Of a stretch of 64,000 nucleotides of DNA, positions 1-9,422 are shown piece by piece. Each line of letters starts with the position of its first letter. Position 1 is the first letter of the stretch. The DNA is from Verrucomicrobiota bacterium. Lineage in GTDB: Bacteria > Verrucomicrobiota > Verrucomicrobiia > Limisphaerales > Palsa-1400. The stretch spans positions 160,001 to 224,000 of the forward strand of contig JBEKYR010000003.1 of the NCBI GenBank assembly GCA_049510745.1. Direction: 5' to 3'. A program made the translations under genes and the position numbers. The notes beneath the pieces were generated by a model. It did no database searches. It saw only the letters and a program-made list of their open reading frames with translations, and was not told the DNA's origin.

Positions 1-2
1 TC

Positions 3-386
3 ACCTGCAGGCTGGAGGAGGTGCTGGAGAAGGACAAGCGCGAAGACGCCATGGTGCATGACAATCTCTACATTGCCAAAGACACCGACGCGAACGACAA
101 ACTGCCGCGGGTGCTGCCCAAGCGCTTCAGCCACCTGGTGCCCAAGATGAGGGCCAGCGACTATGACTACATTATTTTTGACATGCCGCCCATCAGCCAG
201 ATCAGCATCACTCCGCGCCTGGCTCGCTTTATGGATATGGTCCTGCTCGTCATCGAAGCGGAGAAGACCGACAGTGAAATCGCCAAACGGGCGACGACGC
301 TCCTGACGGAATCAAAGACCAACGTCGGCGTCGTGCTCAACAAGAGCCGGGAATACCTGCCGCGGCGGTTGCAACAGGATATTTGA
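3..386 (+). CDS. C-terminal fragment of Wzc/CpsD-like polysaccharide co-polymerase tyrosine kinase (partial, runs off window)
   Basis: YDYIIFDMPP Walker B-like motif, VLLVIEAEKT and VGVVLNK typical of BY-kinase/MinD-like domains; sits at the head of an EPS cluster. Confidence 0.75.
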   Translation, partial: TCRLEEVLEKDKREDAMVHDNLYIAKDTDANDKLPRVLPKRFSHLVPKMRASDYDYIIFDMPPISQISITPRLARFMDMVLLVIEAEKTDSEIAKRATTLLTESKTNVGVVLNKSREYLPRRLQQDI

Positions 387-439
387 AAACGCTCCCCGCG
401 CCCGTCCCAGCCGGACGGGCCATCCAGCCTCGCCTCCTA

Positions 440-1525
440 ATGGAGTTCATCGACCTGAAGGAACAGTATCGGCGCTACCGGGCCGGCATTGACGAACGCG
501 TTTTCCGCGTGCTGGCTCATGGCCAATACGTTCTGGGGCCGGAGGTGGCCGAATTGGAACAGGCCCTGGCCCGATACGTCGGCGTCCCCCATTGCCTCAC
601 TGTGGCCAGCGGCACGGCCAGCCTCGAAATTGCCTTGCGCGCCCTCGATATCGGACCGGGCGACGAGGTCATCACCGTTCCCTACACCTGGATCAGCTCG
701 GCCGAGGCGGTGGCTTTGGTCGGGGCCCGTCCGGTCTTCGTGGACATTGAGCCGGCCACTTACAACATTAACGTCGATTTGCTTGAAGCGGCCATCACTC
801 CCCGAACCAAGGCCATCCTGCCCGTCAGTTTATTCGGCCAGATGCCCGACTATGATCGGATTAATGCCATCGCCGCCCGGCACCGCCTGCCGGTGATCGA
901 GGATGGCGCGCAGAGTTTCGGCGCCACCCAGCGCGGGCGGCGCAGTGGCGGGGTGACGACGGTTGGCGCCACCAGTTTTTTCCCGGCCAAACCTCTGGGC
1001 TGCTACGGCGAGGGCGGAGCCCTCTTTACCCATGACGGCAGCCTGGCGGAAAAAATGAGAGCCATCAGCACTCACGGAGGCCTCCGCCGCCATCATCATC
1101 CTTTTCTCGGCACCAACGGGCGGTTCGACACCGTGCAGGCGGCCGTCTTGCTGGCCAAGCTGCCGCATCTGGACTGGGAGCTGCGGGAACGCGCCCGAAT
1201 CGGCGCGCGGTATTCGGCGGCGCTCCAAAACCACTGCGCCGTCCCGGCGGTGGCCTCCGCGAACACCCACGTCTATGCCCAGTACACCATCCGCATCCCG
1301 GACCGCGACAAAGTGGCCGAGCGGTTAAAGGGACAGGGGATTCCAACGGCCGTGTATTACCCCAAGTGCCTGCATGAGCAGCCGGTTTTTGCCAAGCTGG
1401 GCTGCAACTGGGGGGACTTTCCGGCCGCGGAGAGGGCCTCGCGCGAGGTTCTCAGCCTGCCCATGCACCCGTTCCTGGGTGAAGCAGACCAGGATCGGAT
1501 TATTGACTGTGTTTTGGCGTCGTAG
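440..1525 (+). CDS. DegT/DnrJ/EryC1/StrS PLP-dependent sugar aminotransferase (WbpE-like)
   Basis: MEFIDLK..HGQYVLGPEV N-terminus, IEDGAQSFGA, TSFFPAKPLGCYGEGG with the PLP lysine; ATG at 440. Confidence 0.92.
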   Translation: MEFIDLKEQYRRYRAGIDERVFRVLAHGQYVLGPEVAELEQALARYVGVPHCLTVASGTASLEIALRALDIGPGDEVITVPYTWISSAEAVALVGARPVFVDIEPATYNINVDLLEAAITPRTKAILPVSLFGQMPDYDRINAIAARHRLPVIEDGAQSFGATQRGRRSGGVTTVGATSFFPAKPLGCYGEGGALFTHDGSLAEKMRAISTHGGLRRHHHPFLGTNGRFDTVQAAVLLAKLPHLDWELRERARIGARYSAALQNHCAVPAVASANTHVYAQYTIRIPDRDKVAERLKGQGIPTAVYYPKCLHEQPVFAKLGCNWGDFPAAERASREVLSLPMHPFLGEADQDRIIDCVLAS

Positions 1526-1533
1526 CTGGCCAA

Positions 1534-3567
1534 ATGGCTAACGATACTTCCATGTTCACTCGCAGCGTTTATTACGGGTTCAAACCGCTTGTGCCGCTTT
1601 CCGTCCGGCGCGGTGTCCGGAGGTGGTTTGCCCTGCGCAAACGCGGGAAGGTCGGCGGCGCTTGGCCGATCCTGCCCGGCTCGGAGCGCCCGCCGCCGGG
1701 CTGGCCCGGCTGGCCGGGGGGGAAGGAATTCGCCTTCGTCCTGACTCACGATGTCGAGGGACAGGGTGGCGTGGACAAATGCCGGAAATTGATGGAACTG
1801 GAAACGAAGTGGGGCTTTCGTTCCTCCTTTAATTTCATTCCCGAAGGCGACTATCGCGTGACGAAGGAATTGCGCGACCAATTGACGGCCAATGGCTTCG
1901 AAGTGGGCGTTCACGATTTGCACCATGATGGCAAACTCTATCGCGGACGGGAGGACTTTGCCGTGAAGGCGGCCGAAATTAACCGCTACCTGAAGGAATG
2001 GGGCGCGGTGGGTTTTCGGTCTGGTTTCATGTTTCACAACCTCGACTGGTTGGGGGACCTGCACATCAAATATGACGCCTCCACCTTCGATACCGATCCA
2101 TTCGAGCCGCAGCCGGACGGGGTCGGAACAATCTTCCCATTTTGGAAAAGCGGCGCGCCGGGCTACGGCTATGTCGAACTGCCTTACACGCTGCCGCAGG
2201 ACTCCACGCTCTTTCTTTTGTTCGGCGAACGCAACCCGGACCTCTGGCTGCGGAAGCTCGACTGGGTCGCCGGGCACGGTGGCATGGCCCTGGTCAATGT
2301 GCATCCGGACTACATCCAATTTCCTGGCGAGAAACCAAGCCCGCATACCTTTCCCGTGGCGCACTATGAGCGGCTGCTGGAGCATGCCCGCCACAAACAC
2401 GGCGGGGCGTTATGGGCGGCTCTTCCCAGGGAGGTGTCGGAGTTCGTCGCTTCCGCTCGCATTCCGCAGCCCGTCACGCCGGCTGCCGCCGCGGACAGGA
2501 AAGTATGGATTGATCTCGATAATACGCCCCATGTGCCCCTCTTCATTCCCATTGTGGCGGAACTGAAAAAGCGGGGATACGAAGTCGTGCTGACGGCGCG
2601 CGACGCCTTTCAAGTCTGCGAGTTGGCCGCGAAAAAGGGACTGGCGTGCCGCAAAATTGGCCGCCACTCCGGGAAAAACAGGCTGCGGAAGGTTCTCGGT
2701 TTGTTCTTCCGGGCGGCCCAACTGGCGCCGGTGATCTGGCGGGAAAAACCCGATCTCGCGCTCTCACATGGTTCGCGCGCACAGGTCATCATTTGCAATT
2801 TATTGGGGACCCCCACGCTTCTGATCACGGATTACGAATTCGCCGCCTTCCCGCCGTTTATGCGTCCCACCTGGGAAATGGTTCCGGACGTTATTCCAGA
2901 CTCCGCCCTTGCCTGCCCGCCAGACAGGATCAAGAAATACCCGGGGATCAAGGAAGATATTTATGTCCCGAATTTTAAACCCGATGACAGGTTTTTAGAA
3001 AGCCTCCATCTTGATGCCAGCGATATCATTGTCGTGGTGCGCCCTCCCGCGACCGAGGCTCACTATCATAACCCTGAAGCCGAGATACTGCTGGCTCATT
3101 TCATGGAACGAGCCTGTGCCACCGCCGGCGTCAAAGTCATCCTGGTTCCCCGGAACAAAAAGCAACGCGACGAGCTTCAAGCCGCTTTCCCCGGTTGGTT
3201 TGACGGCGGGCGGACCGTTATTCCGCAGACGGCCGTCGATGGATTGGATTTGATCTGGCACGCCGACCTCGTGATCAGCGGCGGCGGGACCATGAATCGG
3301 GAAGCCGCCGCCCTGGGCGTGCCGGTTTATAGTGTGTTTCGCGGCAAAATCGGCGCCGTTGACCGGCAGCTCGAAAAGGAGGGGCGCCTGAAGTTGCTGG
3401 AAACCACGGCGGACGTGGACCGAATTGAGTTTACCCGGAGGTCTCGCGCCCCGTCGCACGGCTTTGAATCGCGCGCGGCGCTGATGACGGTTGTCAACCA
3501 CATTACTGACGTCATTGCCTGGCACAGCAACAGCGCGAGTCATCCCCTTGAGTCCTTTGAAATCTGA
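1534..3567 (+). CDS. Polysaccharide deacetylase-like domain fused to DUF354 (GT-B-like) domain
   Basis: N-half has LTHDVE, EVGVHDLHH, GFRSG (NodB-like); C-half has VWIDLDNTPHV, HGSRAQ, ISGGGTMNREAAALGVP (DUF354-like). Confidence 0.75.
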   Translation: MANDTSMFTRSVYYGFKPLVPLSVRRGVRRWFALRKRGKVGGAWPILPGSERPPPGWPGWPGGKEFAFVLTHDVEGQGGVDKCRKLMELETKWGFRSSFNFIPEGDYRVTKELRDQLTANGFEVGVHDLHHDGKLYRGREDFAVKAAEINRYLKEWGAVGFRSGFMFHNLDWLGDLHIKYDASTFDTDPFEPQPDGVGTIFPFWKSGAPGYGYVELPYTLPQDSTLFLLFGERNPDLWLRKLDWVAGHGGMALVNVHPDYIQFPGEKPSPHTFPVAHYERLLEHARHKHGGALWAALPREVSEFVASARIPQPVTPAAAADRKVWIDLDNTPHVPLFIPIVAELKKRGYEVVLTARDAFQVCELAAKKGLACRKIGRHSGKNRLRKVLGLFFRAAQLAPVIWREKPDLALSHGSRAQVIICNLLGTPTLLITDYEFAAFPPFMRPTWEMVPDVIPDSALACPPDRIKKYPGIKEDIYVPNFKPDDRFLESLHLDASDIIVVVRPPATEAHYHNPEAEILLAHFMERACATAGVKVILVPRNKKQRDELQAAFPGWFDGGRTVIPQTAVDGLDLIWHADLVISGGGTMNREAAALGVPVYSVFRGKIGAVDRQLEKEGRLKLLETTADVDRIEFTRRSRAPSHGFESRAALMTVVNHITDVIAWHSNSASHPLESFEI

Positions 3568-4678
3568 CATTAAACTGCTGATCGTCGCGGGAGCGCGCCC
3601 GAATTTTATGAAGGTCGCCCCCCTCATCAAGGCCGCCAACGCCCACAACCATGCCGCCGCCGACGGCCAGGCCCGGTTCCAATGCCGCCTGGTTCACACC
3701 GGCCAGCATTATGACCCGCAAATGTCCGACGTCTTTTTCCGCGAACTGGGGATACCCGCCCCCAACGTCAATCTGGGGGTCGGCTCCGGTTCCCACGCGA
3801 CGCAGACCGCCAACATCATCCTCGGTTTTGAACCGGTCTGCCTGGCGGAAAAGCCCGATTGGGTGGTCGTCGTGGGCGACGTCAATTCCACCATGGCCTG
3901 CTCGATTGTCGCCGCCAAGCTGGCCATACGCGTCGCTCATGTCGAGGCCGGATTGCGCAGCTTTGACCGCACCATGCCGGAGGAGATTAACCGGCTTCTC
4001 ACCGATTCGATCTCGGATCTCCTCTTGACGCCGTCGCCGGACGCCGACGAAAACCTGCGCCGCGAGGGCATCAGCCCCGAAAAGATCGAACGGGTCGGAA
4101 ACATTATGATTGACGCGCTGGTGGAGAACCTGCCCCAGGCGCGGAAGAGCGCCATTCTGGGGAGGCTGGGCCTGGCCGCGGGCGGGTTCCTCTATGTCAC
4201 CCTTCACCGCCCCAATAACGTGGACGATCGCGCCCCGATGTCCTCCATCATGGACGAACTCCGGAAGCTGGCGGAACGAGTGCCGATCGTGTTCCCCATG
4301 CACCCGCGGACCAGGGCCAGGCTGGCGGAATTCGGGATACGGTGCGACGCTTCGCCGCGATTGAAGCTCATCGAACCGATCGGCTATCATGATTCCTTGT
4401 GTTTGACGGAGTCGGCGGCGGTGGTCGTGACCGATTCCGGAGGGTTGCAGGAGGAATCGACCTACTTTCGCACGCCCTGCCTGACCCTGCGGCCCAACAC
4501 CGAGCGTCCCGCCACCATCACCCTCGGCAGCAACCGCCTGACCACCATCGAAACCCTGGCTGCGGATGTCGCCGAGCTGTTGAACAAACCCGGACGGCGG
4601 GGGACTGTCCCCCCTCTTTGGGATGGCAAAACGGCGGCTCGAATCCTGGAGAGCCTTCGCCGCAGAACCATCGACTGA
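3557..4678 (+). CDS. wecB: UDP-N-acetylglucosamine 2-epimerase (non-hydrolysing)
   Basis: GARPNFMK, HTGQHYD, GDVNST, HVEAGLRS, PEEINR, TDSGGLQEE motifs; start (TTG 3557) uncertain. Confidence 0.92.
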   Translation: MKSDIKLLIVAGARPNFMKVAPLIKAANAHNHAAADGQARFQCRLVHTGQHYDPQMSDVFFRELGIPAPNVNLGVGSGSHATQTANIILGFEPVCLAEKPDWVVVVGDVNSTMACSIVAAKLAIRVAHVEAGLRSFDRTMPEEINRLLTDSISDLLLTPSPDADENLRREGISPEKIERVGNIMIDALVENLPQARKSAILGRLGLAAGGFLYVTLHRPNNVDDRAPMSSIMDELRKLAERVPIVFPMHPRTRARLAEFGIRCDASPRLKLIEPIGYHDSLCLTESAAVVVTDSGGLQEESTYFRTPCLTLRPNTERPATITLGSNRLTTIETLAADVAELLNKPGRRGTVPPLWDGKTAARILESLRRRTID

Positions 4679-4684
4679 TGCCGT

Positions 4685-5668
4685 ATGGCCGATCTTAAAA
4701 ACAGCGGGAAGGAAGCCGCTCCGGCCGTCGGACCCGAGGTCCCGGCGCGGTCTCGTTATGTGCTTATTACTCCGGCCCGCAATGAGGCCGAATACATCGA
4801 GTTGACGCTTCAATCCGTGGTCCAACAGACGGTCCGGCCCTTGCGGTGGGTGATTGTGAGCGACGGCTCCACCGACGGCACGGATGAGAAAGTCAAAAAA
4901 TATGCGGCGGAGCACGACTGGATTCAATTGTTGCGGATGCCCGAGCGGCAGGAACGGAACTTTGCCGGCAAAGTGCTCGCCTTTAACGCGGGCTACGCTC
5001 AAGTGACGCCGCTGGACTTTGAATTCGTTGGGAACATCGACGCGGATATTTCGTTCGAGCCGGACTTTTTTTCGTTCCTGCTGGCCCGGTTGTCGGAAAA
5101 CCCGCGCCTGGGCCTGGTCGGGGCGGCGTTTGTCGAGGGCGAAAGCCGGTATGACTATCGCTTTACCAGCATTGAGCATGTGTCCGGTCAGTGTCAATTA
5201 TTCCGCCGCGCCTGTTTCGAATCCTTCAACGGCTACGTTCCGGTCAAGGGCGGAGGGATAGACGTGGCGGCGGTGCTCAACGCCCGGCTTCACGGTTGGG
5301 AGACAAGGACATTTGCCGAACGGGTGTTCATCCATCACCGCGTCATGGGCAGCGCGGTCAACAAGGGTCTCATGGTCAGGTTTCACGATGGGGAGAAGGA
5401 TTACCGCCTTGGCAGCCATCCGCTGTGGGAGCTATTTCGCGGGGTTTATCAGATGGCAAAACAGCGCCCGCCGGTGCTGGGCGGACTTTCGATCCTGGGA
5501 GGATATGTTTGGTCGGCCCTGCGGCGGGTGCCAAGGCAAATCGGGCCTGAACTTGTCAAGCTGCGGAGAAAGGAACAGATGGCGAGGCTCAAGGCCTTCT
5601 TCCTGCCAATGTTCTCCAACAAATCTCCCAAAGCCCAGCCGACTTCGGCGGGCGCCGGACAAGGTTAA
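4685..5668 (+). CDS. Glycosyltransferase family 2
   Basis: ITPARNEA, VSDGSTDGT, DAD motif. Confidence 0.9.
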   Translation: MADLKNSGKEAAPAVGPEVPARSRYVLITPARNEAEYIELTLQSVVQQTVRPLRWVIVSDGSTDGTDEKVKKYAAEHDWIQLLRMPERQERNFAGKVLAFNAGYAQVTPLDFEFVGNIDADISFEPDFFSFLLARLSENPRLGLVGAAFVEGESRYDYRFTSIEHVSGQCQLFRRACFESFNGYVPVKGGGIDVAAVLNARLHGWETRTFAERVFIHHRVMGSAVNKGLMVRFHDGEKDYRLGSHPLWELFRGVYQMAKQRPPVLGGLSILGGYVWSALRRVPRQIGPELVKLRRKEQMARLKAFFLPMFSNKSPKAQPTSAGAGQG

Positions 5669-5675
5669 TTTCGCC

Positions 5676-6584
5676 ATGACCCAAGCCCGGCCACATATAG
5701 CGGTCTGCATTTGCACCTACAAACGTCTGGAACTGCTGGCCAAGCTGTTGCGGGAGCTGGCCCTCCAGGAAACCAACGATCTATTCTCCTTTTCCATTGT
5801 CGTCGCCGACAACGACCGCGAGAGAAGCGCGGAGGCAACGGTGGCTCAATTCCGCCAGACGGGCGCGGTCCCCATTACTTACTGCGCGCAACCGCGGCAG
5901 AATATAGCCCTGACGCGGAATGAGGCGCTCAAGAATGCCGCCGGAGACTTCGTGGCCTTTATTGATGATGACCAGGTGCCGATAAAAAAGTGGCTGCTCC
6001 TCCTGTTCACCGAATGCCAGCAGCGCGCCGTCGCGGGCGTCCTGGGGCCGGTTAAACCGTATTATGATGTCCAGCCGCCGGCTTGGGTGGTCAAGGGGAA
6101 GTTCTACGACCGCCCGACTTATCCGACCGGATTGGTGATCGACTGGCGCAAAGGCCGCACGGGCAACGTCCTCTTTCGCCGCAAGATCATTGAGGGCCTG
6201 GAACAGCCCTTCAACCCGCTCTTCATCACCGGGGAAGACCAGGACTTTTTCCGCCGGATGATCGAACAGGGGCACGTCTTTACGTGGTGCAACGAAGCGG
6301 CCGCCTACGAAGTGGTGCCGCCCATCCGCTGGAATCGCCGCTTCATGCTCAAACGGGCTTTGCTCCGCGGCAAAATTTCGTTGCAGCATCCCACTTCCCG
6401 TTTTTTGGAACTATCCAAATCCTTTGTCGCCGTGGCGGCTTACGGAGTGCTCCTGCCGGTTTTTTTCGTCCTTGGGCAGCATCTCTTCATGAAGTACTTG
6501 ATAAAGCTATGCGATCATCTGGGCAGAATCCTGACGTTTTGCCGGATAAGCGTTGGCGGAGAGAACTATGTTACTGAACAATAG
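5676..6584 (+). CDS. Glycosyltransferase family 2
   Basis: ICTYKR, VVADND, AFIDDD, TGEDQDFF; ATG at 5676. Confidence 0.9.
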   Translation: MTQARPHIAVCICTYKRLELLAKLLRELALQETNDLFSFSIVVADNDRERSAEATVAQFRQTGAVPITYCAQPRQNIALTRNEALKNAAGDFVAFIDDDQVPIKKWLLLLFTECQQRAVAGVLGPVKPYYDVQPPAWVVKGKFYDRPTYPTGLVIDWRKGRTGNVLFRRKIIEGLEQPFNPLFITGEDQDFFRRMIEQGHVFTWCNEAAAYEVVPPIRWNRRFMLKRALLRGKISLQHPTSRFLELSKSFVAVAAYGVLLPVFFVLGQHLFMKYLIKLCDHLGRILTFCRISVGGENYVTEQ

Positions 6585-7689
6585 TCTGCCCGCAAACGCC
6601 GTTGCGCAAGCCGGTTCGCGGGTTGGAAACGAACCGGACAAGCGGTGGATTGCGACCGCCGAGGATACGATGTTCGTTTCCGGGGCCAACGGCTTCATTG
6701 GCTCCAGGGTCGTGGCGGCGCTGGCCGAGCACGGCTTTAAGAAGATTCGATGCTTCGTCCGCCCGACTGGCAATCACGCGGAATTGGAGCGGATTCTGCA
6801 ATCCAGGGGGTGCGGAGAAATCATACGCGGCAATCTGCTTTCACAGCGCGACTGTGACGCGGCCGTCTCCGGGGCGGCCATTATCTTCCATCTTGCGGCG
6901 GGGAATGAGAAAAGTTTTGCCGGCTGCTTTTTGAACTCGGTCGTCACCACTCGCAATCTGATCGAGGCGGGGCTGAAATCGGGAACCCTCAGGCGCTTTC
7001 TGAATGTCAGTTCCTTCGCGGTTTATTCCAACTACCATTTGGCCGGGGGCGCGGTGCTCGACGAAGACACGCCGCTTGAATGTCACCACGACGAACGGTA
7101 TGATGCTTACTGTTTCGGCAAAGTCAAACAAGAGGAATTGGTGCTGCGCTACGCGCGGGAACAAAAACTTCCCTATGCCATCGTCCGGCCGGGCGCGGTG
7201 TACGGGCCTGGGGTGCGCCAGAAGATCACCCCTCGGGTGGGCATCGACACCTTTGGCGTTTTTTTGCATTTGGGAGGCGGCAACCCGGTTCCGCTGACCT
7301 ATGTCGATAATTGCGCCGAGGCGATCATCTACGCCGGGCTGGCCAGGGCGGCGGAGGGCCAGATTTTCAACATCGTGGACGACAACCTTCCCACCAGCCG
7401 CCAGTTTCTGCGTCTCTACCGCAGCCACATCAGGAAATTCCGGTCGATCACGGTGCCTTACTCTCTTTTTTACTTCTTTTCCTGGTTTTGGGAACGGTAC
7501 GCCGCCTGGTCCAAGGGCCAACTGCCCCCGGCCTTCAACCGCCGCCGGTGCGTCGCCTACTGGCGCGGCAACCGCTATTCAAATCAAAAGCTCAAGGACC
7601 TGACCGGCTGGCAACCCAAAGTGGATTTTACCGAAGCCTGCCGGCGCTATTTTGATTTCATGAAAAGTTCCGGCGGAGGCATCAAGTGA
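6568..7689 (+). CDS. NAD-dependent epimerase/dehydratase (extended SDR)
   Basis: VSGANGFIG Rossmann motif, YCFGK (YxxxK), RPGAVYGPG. Confidence 0.88.
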   Translation: MLLNNSLPANAVAQAGSRVGNEPDKRWIATAEDTMFVSGANGFIGSRVVAALAEHGFKKIRCFVRPTGNHAELERILQSRGCGEIIRGNLLSQRDCDAAVSGAAIIFHLAAGNEKSFAGCFLNSVVTTRNLIEAGLKSGTLRRFLNVSSFAVYSNYHLAGGAVLDEDTPLECHHDERYDAYCFGKVKQEELVLRYAREQKLPYAIVRPGAVYGPGVRQKITPRVGIDTFGVFLHLGGGNPVPLTYVDNCAEAIIYAGLARAAEGQIFNIVDDNLPTSRQFLRLYRSHIRKFRSITVPYSLFYFFSWFWERYAAWSKGQLPPAFNRRRCVAYWRGNRYSNQKLKDLTGWQPKVDFTEACRRYFDFMKSSGGGIK

Positions 7690-8810
7690 TTCGCGTCGCC
7701 ATCGTGGGTTGCGGCAAGGTTGCCGACACTCATGCGGAGGTTCTTCAACGCATTCCCGGCTGTAAAATTGTCGGCGTCTGCGACCGCGAATCATTGATGG
7801 CCGAACAATTGGCCTCCAGGCTCCAGGGAGTGGGCGCTTTCTCGGATGTGGGCCGGATGCTTTCGGGCTGCTCCCCGACGGTCGTCCATATCACCACCCC
7901 TCCGCAGGCCCATTTCGACGTGGCCCGCGAATGTTTGGAGGCGGGTTGCAATGTCTATGTGGAAAAGCCCTTTACGATCAATGCCGCGCAGGCGGTGGAA
8001 CTGGTGCGGCTGGCGGAATCACGCGCCAGGAAGCTGACGGTGGGCCACAACACGCAGTTTTCGCCCGTGGCCAGGGCCATGCGCCAGATGATTGCCGCCG
8101 GCTATCTGGGCGGCCCGCCGGTCCATATCGAAAGTTACTACTGTTACGACTTCGGCGATGAGCGTTATGCCAAGGCCTTATTGGGCGACAGCGATCATTG
8201 GGTGCGGAAACTGCCGGGCGGCCTGTTGCATAACATCATCAGCCACGGCATCGGGAAAATTGTCGAATTGATGAAGGGCGACGATCTTTTCATTCAGGCC
8301 CACGGCTTCACCAGCGGGTTTTTGCGGCGCATGGGCGAGACGGAAATCAAAGACGAACTGCGGGTCATCCTGCGGGATCAGAGCGGGACCACCGCCTACT
8401 TCACCTTCTCTTCTCAAATCAGTCCGCCGCTGCACCAACTGCGTGTGTTCGGCCCCCGCAACTCGCTGGTTTCCGACCACCACCACCAGACCCTCATCAA
8501 GGTGCCGGCCAAGGCCTACAAGAGCTATCTCAATCAGTTTATCCCTCCTTTCATTGACGCGCGCCAGTACATGGCCAACGGCTTTCGCAACATCCGCAAG
8601 TTCCTGGCCCGCGACTTTCATGCCGACTCCGGCATGCACTTCCTGGTCTCCGCGTTTTACCGGTCCATCGAGGGCGGCGAGCCGTTGCCCATCCCGTATC
8701 GAGACATCATTTTGACCGCCAAAATCATGGACGAGGTTTTTTCCCAGATCAACGGCGTCGAAACCCGCGCGGGCAGGCTCGAACAGACTCTATGCTCACC
8801 GAATTGCTGA
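7686..8810 (+). CDS. Gfo/Idh/MocA family oxidoreductase
   Basis: VAIVGCGKVA, ITTPP..H, VYVEKP motifs. Confidence 0.9.
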   Translation: MIRVAIVGCGKVADTHAEVLQRIPGCKIVGVCDRESLMAEQLASRLQGVGAFSDVGRMLSGCSPTVVHITTPPQAHFDVARECLEAGCNVYVEKPFTINAAQAVELVRLAESRARKLTVGHNTQFSPVARAMRQMIAAGYLGGPPVHIESYYCYDFGDERYAKALLGDSDHWVRKLPGGLLHNIISHGIGKIVELMKGDDLFIQAHGFTSGFLRRMGETEIKDELRVILRDQSGTTAYFTFSSQISPPLHQLRVFGPRNSLVSDHHHQTLIKVPAKAYKSYLNQFIPPFIDARQYMANGFRNIRKFLARDFHADSGMHFLVSAFYRSIEGGEPLPIPYRDIILTAKIMDEVFSQINGVETRAGRLEQTLCSPNC

Positions 8811-9391
8811 CACACATGCTGGGCGGCACCTGGGAATTGAAGGAACGGTGCCGCGCCGCCAGACCCGGCCTGAAAAAACGGCTCTTGCTTTTTCTTTACC
8901 TGCATGGATTGCAGAAGAAAGGGTCCTGGATTTCCCATGATGCGCGCTTTGCCGGGGCGCCCTGCTTTCCTCACGGCCCTTATGGAATTTTTATCTCCGG
9001 CGCCTGCGTCGTCGGCCGCAATTGTATCCTCTTTCACCAGGTCACCATCGGCTCCAACACGCTGGTCGATTCCTCCGGCATGGGCGCTCCGGTCATTGGC
9101 GACAATTGTTATATTGGCGCAGGGGCCAAAATTATTGGCAAGGTCAAAATTGGCGACAACGTCCGCATCGGCGCCAATGCCGTAGTGCATGCGGATGTGC
9201 CTTCCAACAGCGTCGTCGTTTTGTCTCAGCAACGCTTGATTCAGAAGGAGAGGCCGCAGAACAACCGGTTTTACCAGCAACATAACGGCCGCTGGGAATT
9301 CTTTGAGGGCGGAGGCTGGAAGAAGGAAAACGACCGCGAGATCCTGGCGAAGTTGGAGGCCGAATTTGGAGGAAGAGAACCTTCGTCATAA
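8792..9391 (+). CDS. Hexapeptide-repeat (CysE/LbetaH-like) O-acetyltransferase
   Basis: HQVTIG, PVIGDNCYIGAGAKIIG, IGDNVRIGANAVV repeats. Confidence 0.85.
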   Translation: MLTELLTHMLGGTWELKERCRAARPGLKKRLLLFLYLHGLQKKGSWISHDARFAGAPCFPHGPYGIFISGACVVGRNCILFHQVTIGSNTLVDSSGMGAPVIGDNCYIGAGAKIIGKVKIGDNVRIGANAVVHADVPSNSVVVLSQQRLIQKERPQNNRFYQQHNGRWEFFEGGGWKKENDREILAKLEAEFGGREPSS

Positions 9392-9422
9392 AATCAACCA
9401 CCGTGTCAACAATCCCTGACTA

